A DNA stretch of 64,000 nt, taken from assembly GCA_964016885.1 (NCBI GenBank), contig OZ024759.1, forward strand, positions 34,286,001 to 34,350,000. The letters run 5' to 3'. The stretch comes from Eledone cirrhosa. Its lineage: Eukaryota. The position numbers and the translations under genes are program-made. Positions within the stretch are counted from its first letter, which is position 1; each line of letters starts with the position of its first letter. Below are positions 1-11,924 of the stretch, in pieces. Below the pieces are notes generated by a model. It ran no database searches. It was not told the origin of the DNA and saw only the letters and a program-made list of their open reading frames with translations.

Positions 1-697
1 TACAAAGCAAGACAGTGGCTATAGAATAATACGAAAATTACTTTACTTATAGAAAACGTTTTGGTATTGTTATAGATAAACGCCGTGGAAATCTACAGAT
101 TTACTTTTTAGATAATTCCAACACGAAGCACAAAAGAAGGACACTAGCTTCTTTCTGTATTTTTTTAATAAACCTTTGATGTATCATTACAGCTAAGATT
201 TAATGAGCGCTTCTATTTATTATACAACCCTATACTTAACGCATTATCAAAATACATATTCAAATTATGTATATTCTCTATATTTCATATATATTTTCTA
301 TACCATATTTTTTAGGGAAGGACATTTCGCTATTTCTATGTGTATGTGTGAGATGATGAGTTTCTATATGTGTGTTTTCTTCCTTATATTTGCCTTCTTT
401 GTGTGTGTATCTGTATGTGTGTGTCTGCTTTTTTTCCTGTATTTGTCTGTTTTCTTTAGATTTATCTAGTTAGTTACTTTTTAGAAAAGCTGTCTTAGAT
501 TTTGATAAACGCCGAAGAGCCAGCAAATCATATAATCCCTTTGAATTAATAGGTTTCTTCTCTCTCCTTCCTTCGTCTTTCTCCTCCCTACACATTCTTT
601 TCTTTTTCTCATATATATATATATATATACACACATTTGCTTCACACCTTCGCTCTGAATACCTCACACTGTCGCGCACGCACACATAAACACACTT

Positions 698-771
<74 letters not shown>

Positions 772-1329
772 ATATGTGTGTGTATACATGTATATATACT
801 GTTTCTGTGATGATTGTGTTGTCGTGGATGTCTAATTTAATCTACCACCTCTTCTCTTTCTCTCTCTCTCTCTCTCTATCTATCTCTATCTCTATCTATC
901 TATCAATCTATCTATCTATCTATCTTACAATATGTGTGTTAGTTTCTCCCCAATACAATATGAGAATTAGCGAAATGTCAAATCGAACACATTTTCTCGA
1001 ACGCGGCAACGAAACCATTGCAATAAGAAGATAAATAAGATGAGGAAGAAGAAGATAAATAAGATGAGGAAGAAGAAGATAACTAAGATCAGGAAGAAGA
1101 GGATTAATAAGATATAGCCGAAGAGAAATAAGTAATAAACGACGTACCACTTCTATAATGTTCTAAGAAGACCGTTTTTCGTTCAGCTTCCTATAAAACC
1201 CTAGAAATGTGGCCACAGCAGAGATCTGGACATCAATAAAGGATGGAGAAGGGGAATAACTAAATAAGGAGGAGAGGAAGATGAAGAAGAAGAAAAGAAA
1301 TAACAAACGCAAAGACATCAAAAGAGCAG

Positions 1330-1852
1330 CAACAAATACCACCACTACAACAATCACAAGAACACATGAACCGTAACAGCTACCACTACCACAACAACAA
1401 CAACAACAGCCACCACCAACACCACAACAACAACAACCACAGCAGCTACCACCACCACCGCCACCACCATCACAACAACAGCAACAGCAGAAACAACAAC
1501 CAACATAGCCACCACCAACACCACTACAACAGCAACAACAACCACAACAGCCACCACCACAACAACCACAACAACAACAACAACAGCAACAACAACCAAA
1601 ACAGCCACCACCACCACCACCACAACAGCAACAACAACCACAACAGCCACCACCACAACAACCACAACAACAATAACCAAAACAGCCACCACCAACACCA
1701 CCACAACAGCAACAACAACCACAAGACCCACCACCACAACAACCACATCAACAGCAACAACAACCAAAAGAGCCACCAACACCACCACCACAACAACAAT
1801 AACATCCACAACAGCCACCACCACCACCACCACCACACTCACAACAACAACA
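1330..1852. repeat. Compound CAA/CAC/CAG trinucleotide microsatellite
   Basis: Direct reading: CAACAACAACAGCCACCACC-type units; the poly-H/N, poly-V and poly-W/L ORFs are translations of it. Confidence 0.95.
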
Positions 1853-2348
1853 TCCGATCGTGTTATTTCTGATATTAGTTTCGTTTCGGTTGAAGAAAAA
1901 AAAAATAGCGAAAATAATTCTATAAATATTTAAAATAAATTAAAAAAGAAAAACAATATAAAAACAAAATAACAAACAAATTCTTCAGAAAAAAACAATA
2001 AAATAAAAAAATATTAACAATAAGAGAAATATCCAACATTAGGAAATATATAAAAATATATAAAACATTATAAAATAAATAACAAAAAAAAAACAAAAAA
2101 AACAATCCGGAAATCTAAACAAGACAAACTTGAGAAATTTTAAACTGTTAGGTTGATCGATAATGTTGTCACAAATCGATAATGTTGACATAATTATTGC
2201 TGTGACATGTATTATTATCCGGGACTTGTTTGTTTTATAAAACCATTCACAGCAGCCATTATTGAATGTGTCTTGTTTTATATCAAATAATTTCTATTCA
2301 GGGGACCAGTATATGCAATGACCCTGTTAAAGCGATACGTGCACACCA

Positions 2349-3227
2349 TCACCCTAGCTTACCCTCTCCCCCGCTCGTCCTCGCTGCCAACCTAGCTTAC
2401 CCTCTGTCCCGCCAGCCCTCGCTGCCACCCTAGCTTACCCTCTCCCCCGCTCGTCCTCGCTGCCACCCTGTTTTACCCTCTATCCCGCCAGCCCTCGCTG
2501 CCAACCTAGCTTACCCTCTCCCCCGCTAGCCCTCGCTGCAACCCTAGCTTACCCTCTCCCCCGCCAGCCCTCGCTGCCAGCCTAGCTTACCCTCTATCCC
2601 GCCAGCCCTCGCTGCCAACCTAGCTTACCCTCTCCCCCGCTAGTCCTCGCTGCCACCCTAGCTTACCCTCTTCCCCGCCAGTCCTCGCTGCCAACCTAGC
2701 TTACCCTCTCCCCCGCTCGTCCTCGCTGCCACCCTGTTTTACCCTCTATCCCGCCAGCCCTCGCTGCCAACCTAGCTTACCCTCTCCCCCGCTAGCCCTC
2801 GCTGCAACCCTAGCTTACCATCTCCCCCGCCAGCCCTCGCTGCCACCCTAGCTTACCCTCTATCCCGCCAGCCCTCGCTGCCAACCTAGCTTACCCTCTC
2901 CCCCGCTAGCCCTCGCTGCCACCCTAGCTTACCCTCTATCCCGCCAGCCCTCGCTGCCAACCTAGCTTACCCTCTCCCCCGCTAGCCCTCGCTGCAACCC
3001 TAGCTTACCCTCTCCCCCGCCAGCCCTCGCTGCCACCCTAGCTTACCCTCTCCCACGCCAGCCCTCGCTGCCAACCTAGCTTACCCTCTCCCCCGCCAGT
3101 CCTCGCTGCCACCCTAGCTTACCCTCTCCCCCGCCAGTCCTCGCTGCCAACCTAGCTTAACCTCTGCCTCGCCAGCCCTCGCTGCCACCCTAGCTTACCC
3201 TCTCTCTCTCACTAGTCCTCGCTGCCA
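2349..3227. repeat. 38-bp GC-rich minisatellite, ~23 copies
   Basis: Unit CCA(C/A)CCTAGCTTACCCTCTCCCCCGCCAGCCCTCGCTG; TAGC recurs at 2355 and 2393 (38-bp period). Confidence 0.97.
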
Positions 3228-3553
3228 GACCACCATATTACTACAATCATGGAGGGAACCTACGACAGATCATATATATATGGCCTACCTATCTGCTAGA
3301 GATAGTAACCATTATATCCCTCACCTCTATAGGAAGTGCCGGGAAAGGTTTTGTTTCAATATGAAATGTGAGGTTAGCACCAGATTTAAGATCAGGGTTA
3401 CAGTTAGGTATAGGTTGAGGTATTGTTTGTTTCAATATGTGGGGTTAAGGCCAGGTTTAGCTTATATATATATTTATATACAGTGGCGGACTGGGTCTAA
3501 AAGTATAGGAAAGTAACTTTATAATTATTAATTTTCTATATACTTCTGTAGAT

Positions 3554-3624
3554 GTCTCGGCGGCCTAGTTGGATGAGTCATAGACGGTGGTAATGCTTGT
3601 CTGAAGTTCGATTCTGGTCGAGAG
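3554..3624 (+). mobile_element. tRNA-like (pol III A/B box) module, part of a composite repeat
   Basis: A-box-like CGGCCTAGTTGG, B-box-like AGTTCGATTC, CTCG/CGAG closing stem, T-run downstream; not a convincing functional tRNA. Confidence 0.5.
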
Positions 3625-3696
3625 TAGGTACCCGGTAAACATTTTCAGTTTTTTTTCTATGGGTTGTAAAATAAAAACTGAAAAAGGTTACATGTT

Positions 3697-3767
3697 CCTC
3701 ATGACCGGGATTGAACCCAAGGCCAGGTTCTTCACTGTCTCTAGTACCTACCACTAGGCCACAGAGA
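3697..3767 (-). mobile_element. tRNA-like (pol III A/B box) module, convergent with 3554-3624
   Basis: Minus strand: TGGCCTAGTGG (A box) ... GGGTTCAATCCC (B box), followed by T-runs. Confidence 0.55.
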
Positions 3768-3949
3768 TTCGTTTGCAATTATACAAGCAAGCCTCAATTT
3801 TATAGCCATGACAGTAGAATGAACCCTTCATTTTTGCTCTTGTGTTGGCATGTGAACGTTCACATGCCAACACAAGAGCAAGAATGAAGGGTTCATTCTA
3901 CTGTCATGGCTATAAAATTGAGGCTTGTTTGCATAATTGCAAACGAATC
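3766..3949. repeat. 184-bp spacerless palindrome
   Basis: Arms GATTCGTTTGCAATTAT...GTGAAC|GTTCAC...ATAATTGCAAACGAATC, centre 3857/3858, few mismatches. Confidence 0.95.
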
Positions 3950-4002
3950 GAATGTTATTATTAATATTCGAAAAACTCAGATTACATTTATTACATATAT
4001 AA

Positions 4003-4067
<65 letters not shown>

Positions 4068-4071
<4 letters not shown>

Positions 4072-4203
4072 AGTAAGTAAGACCCCGACGGCTTGAGCTC
4101 AGCCGTCGGGGTCTTACTTACTCCTATTACCCACTCTACTGCCCCAAGTATTGAGTACTTTGGTGCGTTATGGTCCACCTGGTTCCTTACCACTTTTCAT
4201 TCG

Positions 4204-4204
<1 letters not shown>
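4068..4204 (+). mobile_element. (TA)n-embedded fold-back element, family A (putative Penelope-like terminus)
   Basis: Inverted repeat 4068-4126 then tail TATTACCCACTC...GAGTACTTTGG...CCTTACCAC into (TA)n; homologous to 5432, 47421, 47951, 52882, 54489. Confidence 0.7.
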
Positions 4205-4295
<91 letters not shown>

Positions 4296-4325
4296 ACACG
4301 GGTGTGTCTGATTGTGTATAGAAGA

Positions 4326-4522
4326 TTATATTAATAAAAGGAATTCCAACTTTGTCTGATTTAGTCGTTATATTTACAATCCTTTAAAATTTATAATTGT
4401 ATTAGAATGAAATAGTATTTAATATTCTACCATACTATTTCATTCTAATACAATTATAAATGTTAAAGGATTGTAAATAAAACGGGTAAATCAGACAAAG
4501 TTGGAATTCCTTTTATTAATAT
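4326..4522. repeat. ~90-bp-arm inverted repeat between (GA)n and (TA)n
   Basis: TATTAATAAAAGGAATTCCAACTTTGTCTGATTTA... vs ...TAAATCAGACAAAGTTGGAATTCCTTTTATTAATA. Confidence 0.9.
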
Positions 4523-4809
4523 ATATATGTATATATATATATGTGTATATATATGTGTATATATATATATGTATATATATATGTATATATATTTGTATAT
4601 ATATATATATATGTATATATATATGTATATATATATATGTATATATGTATATATATATGTATATATATATGTATATATATATATATATGTATATATGTAT
4701 ATATATGTATATATATATGTATATATATATGTAAATATATATATATATGTATATATATATGTATATATATATATATATGTAATTATATATATATGTACAT
4801 ATATATATG

Positions 4810-4844
<35 letters not shown>

Positions 4845-4861
4845 GTACATATATATATATG

Positions 4862-4920
<59 letters not shown>

Positions 4921-4921
4921 T

Positions 4922-4982
<61 letters not shown>

Positions 4983-4994
4983 ATGTATGTATAC

Positions 4995-5200
<206 letters not shown>

Positions 5201-5380
5201 GTATGTATATATACATTCCTATAATAACCAAGAATCCATACTATCATTGCAGATACACTTTTAAAATTTCGCATAGTACATGAATTCTGCAAACAGGGTT
5301 GATGATATGTACATATATATATATATATATAGATATGCACACATATCATCAAACCTTTATGTAGACTTCATGTAATATGC

Positions 5381-5431
<51 letters not shown>

Positions 5432-5434
<3 letters not shown>

Positions 5435-5619
5435 CCAGTAAGACCCCGACGGCTGAGCTCAAGCCGATTCGACGGCTAATTTTGGACTGAATTAGCCGTC
5501 GAAACGGCTTGAGCTCAGCCGTCGGGGTCTTACTGATTCCTATTACCCACTCTACTACCGTAAGTATTGAGTACTTTGGTGCGTTATGGTCCACCTGGTT
5601 CCTTACCACATTTCCTTCG

Positions 5620-5621
<2 letters not shown>
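5432..5621 (+). mobile_element. Family A fold-back element (longer inverted arm)
   Basis: Inverted repeat 5432-5539, same tail with GAGTAC at 5569, (TA)n on both sides. Confidence 0.7.
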
Positions 5622-5666
<45 letters not shown>

Positions 5667-5727
5667 AAAAAGTATGACCCCGACGGCAGATCTCAAGCCG
5701 TTTCGACGGCTATTTCTGGAGTCCAGA

Positions 5728-5870
5728 ATCCCACCGAGCTTAGCTTTGCCTATTATCCTTACTGGGATCGATATAAAATAAAGCACTAGTTACGCACTGG
5801 GGTCGTATAATCGACTTTTCCCTCACCCAAATTGTTAATATTTTGCCCATAGTAGAAATCCTTATTCTTA
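5728..5870 (+). mobile_element. Degenerate 5'-truncated SINE (long-tail form)
   Basis: AATCCCACCGAGCTTAGCTTTGCC...GATCGATATAAAATAAAGCACTAG...CACTGGGGTCG matches the SINE core. Confidence 0.7.
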
Positions 5871-5898
5871 TTATTATGTTGTATTGTGGTGGATTGCT

Positions 5899-6090
5899 GG
5901 TGGATTGGGAGTATCAGTAGAGGCTCGGATACCATACTATGCAGCATAGAGTTACGCCTCTTTACGAACTGAGTTCAAATCCCGCCGAGGTTAACTTTGC
6001 CTTTCCTCCTTACGTGGTCGATAAAATAAAGTACCAGTAATACACTGGGTCATTGTTGGCCTTGTGCCAAAAGTAGAAACAATTATTATT
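5899..6090 (+). mobile_element. tRNA-derived SINE (octopod-type, Nin-domain-like core)
   Basis: A box/B box (GAGTTCAAATCCC), core GAGGTTAACTTTGCCTTTC...GTCGATAAAATAAAGTACCAG, tail GGCCTTGTGCCAAAAGTAGAAAC(AAT/TAT)n; many copies in window. Confidence 0.9.
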
Positions 6091-6275
6091 ACTATCTTGT
6101 ATTGTCGGCCCTTGTAGCCAATCAATGGAAACATTATTTGACCTTCTTCCAAGATATAGCCTCTAGTTGAACACCTGCCTCCTTCTCATCAACATTTTCG
6201 TCTTTCATATTGTCAGCACTACAATTCTAGCTACGTGTTAGCAGGTGAAAGTCTAGCAGCAGCAACAGCAGCAGC

Positions 6276-6315
<40 letters not shown>

Positions 6316-6689
6316 ATATATCTATCTGTCTCTCTTTCTCTCTCTAGATATATATATATATATATGTGTGTGTGTGGGTGTACGTGTGTATGTGTGTGTA
6401 TAATAACGCAAAGTATCTATATATCTCTTTCTTTACACCCATACTATCTCGTTTAATATATAGGAAAATCACAAATTAGCCAGCATGATGAACTTTCCTA
6501 AAGTAACGTAACCCTTCGACTTGCTTAAAACAATGTTGACGTTTTTCTGTGAACCAAACCTTAAAAATAATATTTAAAGAAACACAGAGGATATATTGGA
6601 TATTGTAATTCTGGATAATATCTTTGTAAATAGGATGCGATTGCGATGCTTGAAGGGCTTTGATCAAAGATCTTTATGATCATAGACGA

Positions 6690-6860
6690 AGTAGGGCTGT
6701 GCATCAACAACATCAACGACGGCATCATCAACAACATCAATTGATATGATTGAAAAAATATCATCTCAGATCAACAGAGCTCATCCTATATAGTGGAATC
6801 TGTAAACCAGTGGTCAGAGACAAACAAACACCAACTATTTGATAGGAAACTGTTTTAGAA
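6690..6860 (+). mobile_element. Possible decayed CR1-type LINE reverse transcriptase fragment
   Basis: Reads CINNINDGII..*..ESVNQWSETNKHQLFDRK, resembling the YINDI...W...N.M.LN..K region of CR1/L2 RT; contains stops. Confidence 0.35.
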
Positions 6861-7378
6861 CTGTTTGGTCACAACCGATGAGATGAAACTAGTAACACGG
6901 TTAGAAAAAAAAGCTTTCCCATGAAACAAACGAAAGCCAAACTGAAACAAATAATTCAATGAATAAAAAACAAATTATATTGGTGTTTCTGTGTCCTACA
7001 AATGAAATTTTAATTATATTTTGACCGTAGAGATGTTAAAACAAAATATCGTCTCATGGAAGCCTGATTACTATTGAAAGTAATGTGTTGTGATCGCTCG
7101 AATGAAATGGCTATCAACAGATAAAAATATAAAGTGTATAGAATAGAAACAAAAGCATGGATTTATATTTACTTTATCTAGAATATTTATTTATTTTTGG
7201 TTGTTTCTCACAGATGTTTGAACATAGTAATAAAACTAATGACGATCCGAAACTATCCAATATGCCACGTAATACAGCGTTTAACGAAATTGTGAATCCA
7301 TCACAACGCCCACTAAAAGAGTTGGAGAGAAATATGGTGGATTTATTTCTTCAATTATTTCTCTCAGCCTCTCTTTCA

Positions 7379-7447
<69 letters not shown>

Positions 7448-7534
7448 ATGGATATATACATATATATGTATATACACAAACAGATGTATACTTATATATA
7501 TACATACTCACACAGATGTATATTTACATATATG

Positions 7535-7614
<80 letters not shown>

Positions 7615-7802
7615 TATACGTATATATCTATATGTATATGTGAATATATATATATATGTATATATATATTTATTTGTGTATATATTTATATATACATATG
7701 TATACATATACACATATATATATATATATAGACACACATATACGTATATATATATATGTATATGTGAATATATATATGTATATCTATATTTATTTGTGTA
7801 TA

Positions 7803-7907
<105 letters not shown>

Positions 7908-8216
7908 CGATGCCGTAAAAACATGTATATTAGGTCGTGCACATTTGCTTAAAGCATCGTAATCTGGTCAAATGTGTTTTCCTTCCTTCCGTCCTTCTAG
8001 CCTTCCCTTACTTCTATCTATTTTTCTATTTTTATCTATATATATCTTTCTATACAAATCTATATCTACGTATACATAGTTATTGCTTTCAATCGATATT
8101 CAATATATATCAGTCTCTTTATGACGAAATCTAAAACACATCACTTCAATAAAGGAGCCAAAATCAAATGATATATATACATACATATATATATATATAT
8201 ACATATTGCATGTATG

Positions 8217-8251
<35 letters not shown>

Positions 8252-8257
8252 ATATTT

Positions 8258-8288
<31 letters not shown>

Positions 8289-8293
8289 ATATT

Positions 8294-8339
<46 letters not shown>

Positions 8340-8340
8340 C

Positions 8341-8376
<36 letters not shown>

Positions 8377-8698
8377 CATGCATACTAATTTGGTCATAAA
8401 CAAATTCAAATGAAACATACAGACATGTTCTTGGCAAAGGCGAAATGCACAGACACTCACTCACACACTCATATGTGAGTGTATATATATAGAGAGAGAG
8501 ATATAGATACATACATACATGCATACATACATACAGATATATATATATGAATTATATATTATATATATATGTATATATATGTATAAATATATATATATAC
8601 ATATGTATCTATCTCTCTCTATCTCTCTTATATATATATATATATATATATATCCTTCAGCCTACTCTTTATATTTACACACACACATACATATATAC

Positions 8699-8729
<31 letters not shown>

Positions 8730-8775
8730 ATATTGTTTATCGTGAACTCGTGCGCCGATTTTTCGATACTCGATC

Positions 8776-8826
<51 letters not shown>

Positions 8827-9194
8827 AGCATGTCAGGGAAAGACGGGGGATCCAAATAAAACGCCACAGAAATCATCAATCTGTTGGTTGATAGCCAACT
8901 ATGACTTACCCTAAATATCCTATATGGCTTATAGCTTCCTGCAATATCATTCTTGATGTGTAATTTCCCCTTGCTTAGTTCCAAAACGATGAAAAAACAT
9001 TTCCCCCTGTAAACTCTTCCATTCACTAAATCTATAGGAATACCCTAAACCTGTATCTCGAGTTAATCTGTACACACTACTACATACTGTGACTAGTTTA
9101 GTATTTAATCGAAACCTTCGTATACTTTTTTCATGTATCTGGAGCGCCGTTTCCTTTCCGTGGTAATTATCTCATATATAGTTGTGTATATAGT

Positions 9195-9281
<87 letters not shown>

Positions 9282-9612
9282 ATAGTAGATGGATAAATGG
9301 ATGGATAATAGTTATAGGATTTTATATCGATAAATGGAATTAGTTATACGTTTATGTGCATATATATATATATATATATTTATATATAGATGTGCGTGTG
9401 CGTGTGTCGATATGTATGTATATAGTGTATGTATTATGTAGATATAGAGGCCATTTATAAATATATACACGTATAGCTGTATACATTTATATACGTACAA
9501 ATATAGCCATATAATTATATATAAAGATACATATTTATACAAGTATATATATATATTTATGTGTGTGTAAAATATACAAGTATATATATATATATATATG
9601 TATATATACAAG

Positions 9613-9676
<64 letters not shown>

Positions 9677-10020
9677 TGAATCATTCACGTATTTAATTCC
9701 CACACGTCTGTATAGCACAAACTTCTATCCACTGTATGACAGATGCATAATTACTTAGTAGCTCCCCTCCACATCTAACGCCACTCCAAGAATGACCACC
9801 ACTACAAGCATTACCACCAACTACAACAACAACGCCAACAACATGCCACATCCTGCTATGATGTTACTTGTGGAAATGGAGATATCTTTATGTGGTTTAC
9901 AAGCATATAATTACGATTGTCTTGCACGTGTAATGCCGCTCTTTTAATATCCTGCTGTAATAATGCCAACAGCCATACTATAAAGATGCATGTTCTAATT
10001 ATATATATATATATATATAT

Positions 10021-10321
10021 AGTATAAAAGAGAAAACACAGGTAAGCATTAAGAGAAGGGTTTTATCCAGATATTTACGACCGTTTCATTGGTAAGTGCA
10101 ACCTTATATTGCTACACTGCAAATAGCGGTCGTAAATACCTGGATAAAATCCTTCTCTTAATGCTTACCTGTGTTTTCTCTTTTATACTTTATACTCCAA
10201 GATTGAACGGAATTCTTACAAACTTGTCGAGTTACCCCTAACCGTACGTTGAAACCGTCCATGAAACTGGCTTTCTTAACCACGAAGTGGATCACAATAA
10301 GCAATTTTCTGCTTCCCTAAC
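10021..10321 (+). mobile_element. (TA)n-embedded fold-back element (putative Penelope-like terminus)
   Basis: Arms 10021-10083 / 10127-10189; GAAACGGTC on the minus strand of the left arm; TATACTC...GAGT in tail; (TA)n flanks. Confidence 0.65.
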
Positions 10322-10553
10322 TATATATATATATATATATATATAAGAATGGGTCCGTGTATGTTTGTGTCTCTTTACTTACGTATGTGCAGGTATACGT
10401 ATATGTATATATACACATATATATACATACACAAACGTTTACACACATGCATATATTTAATAAATAATAAGTAGGAACAAGGTGTCAGAGAATCAACATT
10501 AATTTAATATACATACATACATACATACATACATACATACATACATACATACA

Positions 10554-10581
<28 letters not shown>

Positions 10582-10584
<3 letters not shown>

Positions 10585-11038
10585 GCAGAACTGGTGAGAA
10601 ATCTGCAGATACTCCACCCTGATTACACCTTCAGATTTATACATGTGATTATTGGGGCACTGGGATATGTTAGTAACTCCCTGAATACAAATCTTGAGAA
10701 GCTAGGCTTCACAGGAACAGAAAGAATACAACTAGTTAGGAAATTACAAGTACAATCCATTAATGGAACAGTAAAATTATGTAAAACATTCCAAAAATTG
10801 TGCATTTAATAACTGCATATACACATGTACAGATACAAAGCATATGCACTTGCACACATACAACTCAAAACATCCACATCCACACATATAATAACATCCA
10901 TATCTACACATGCAGACATACATATCTACCTAGTTGATGTTGTGTAAATTCCAATGAGAGAGTCTTGTGGCTATGTTAGAAACCGACTCTCTCTCTATTG
11001 GGAAAAATAATTTGTGAAATTATGAAACCAGAAGAACA
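10582..11038 (+). mobile_element. 3' fragment of R4/Dong-like (restriction-like endonuclease) LINE with 3' UTR
   Basis: YAELVRNLQILHPDYTFRFIHVIIGALGYVSNSLNTNLEKLG...LQVQSINGTVKLCK* matches the KY.L...(P)IVIGALG...LQK..L.GT..I C-terminus; flanked by (CATA)n. Confidence 0.8.
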
Positions 11039-11067
11039 TATATACATATACATACATATATATACAT

Positions 11068-11672
11068 GGTGGCTGCCAACTCGTTTTCGAATCCGGCCAC
11101 TACTTTATATCCAAGTAGGAGAACCCCTACCGATGTGTTGAACGAATGTGACTTTTTAGGCCAGCCAGCGACTTGAAAACTCTGTTACAAACACTACACT
11201 TGTGACAATTATTGACACATAGTGTTAGGCGCATGGTACCATGTGACGACAAGTGCAGAGAGATCTCCAGATATAAAGCAATGCATGTGCCGTGAAGCTT
11301 TTATAGTGAGCAAAGGCACTGCACAAAGCCAGTCCCACTCTCTTAACCAAGATGGTATTACCAAAAAGAAGAACAAGTCAACATCATTGGATACCATCAG
11401 AGGTGCAGGTGTTATATCAGTTTTCCTTCTCCTAGAATTCTGCCTTGACAAAGGCTAAGGGGTAATCTCTCCCGGTGATTTTGGATGGCCATTGACTCTT
11501 AAGAGCTCCTTTTCCCTTTGACAGGTTTTGTTTTTAGTCCTGCAGGATGTCCAAAGTCACCCTCCTCACCAAGAAACCTTGGTGGGGTTGCTAGTTTAGT
11601 CGCCAACGACCCGACCATGGGACAGGTTGTACTGGGATACATGTTACCAGTAGCACCAACTGGTGACCTGAC
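11068..11672 (-). mobile_element. Non-autonomous RTE-derived element (5' UTR-like part + ORF-terminal C2H2 zinc finger)
   Basis: 11204-11127 encodes HKCSVCNRVFKSLAGLKSHIRSTHR*; copies at 35192, 35729, 54607 share the same left (3') end and are variably 5'-truncated. Confidence 0.75.
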
Positions 11673-11781
11673 ATATATATACATACATACATACATGGTT
11701 ATATATGTGTGTGAATGTGCGCCTTTGTTTGTGTGTGTGTGTATGCCTTTGTGTGTGTGTAGGGATACACACACACACATA

Positions 11782-11924
11782 CAATAACATCCATATCTAC
11801 ACATGCAGACATACATATCTACCTAGTTGATGTTGTGTAAATTGCAATGAGAGAGTCTTGTGTCCATGTTAGAAACCAACTCTCTCTCTATTGGTAAAAA
11901 ATTGTGAAATTATAAAACCAGAAT
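11782..11924 (+). mobile_element. Second copy of the R4-like LINE 3' UTR
   Basis: Near-identical to ~10890-11035 (ATAACATCCATATCTACACATGCAG...GTTAGAAACC...AAACCAGAA). Confidence 0.85.

Noticed and set aside
1354-1872. His/Asn-rich or Val-rich protein
   Set aside because: Trinucleotide microsatellite open in several frames on both strands.
3554-3767. Functional tRNA genes
   Set aside because: A/B boxes are present, but anticodon arms and acceptor stems are not canonical.
8825-9060. Numt or coding fragment in TA-flanked unique sequence
   Set aside because: No frame examined gave a recognisable protein; multiple stops.
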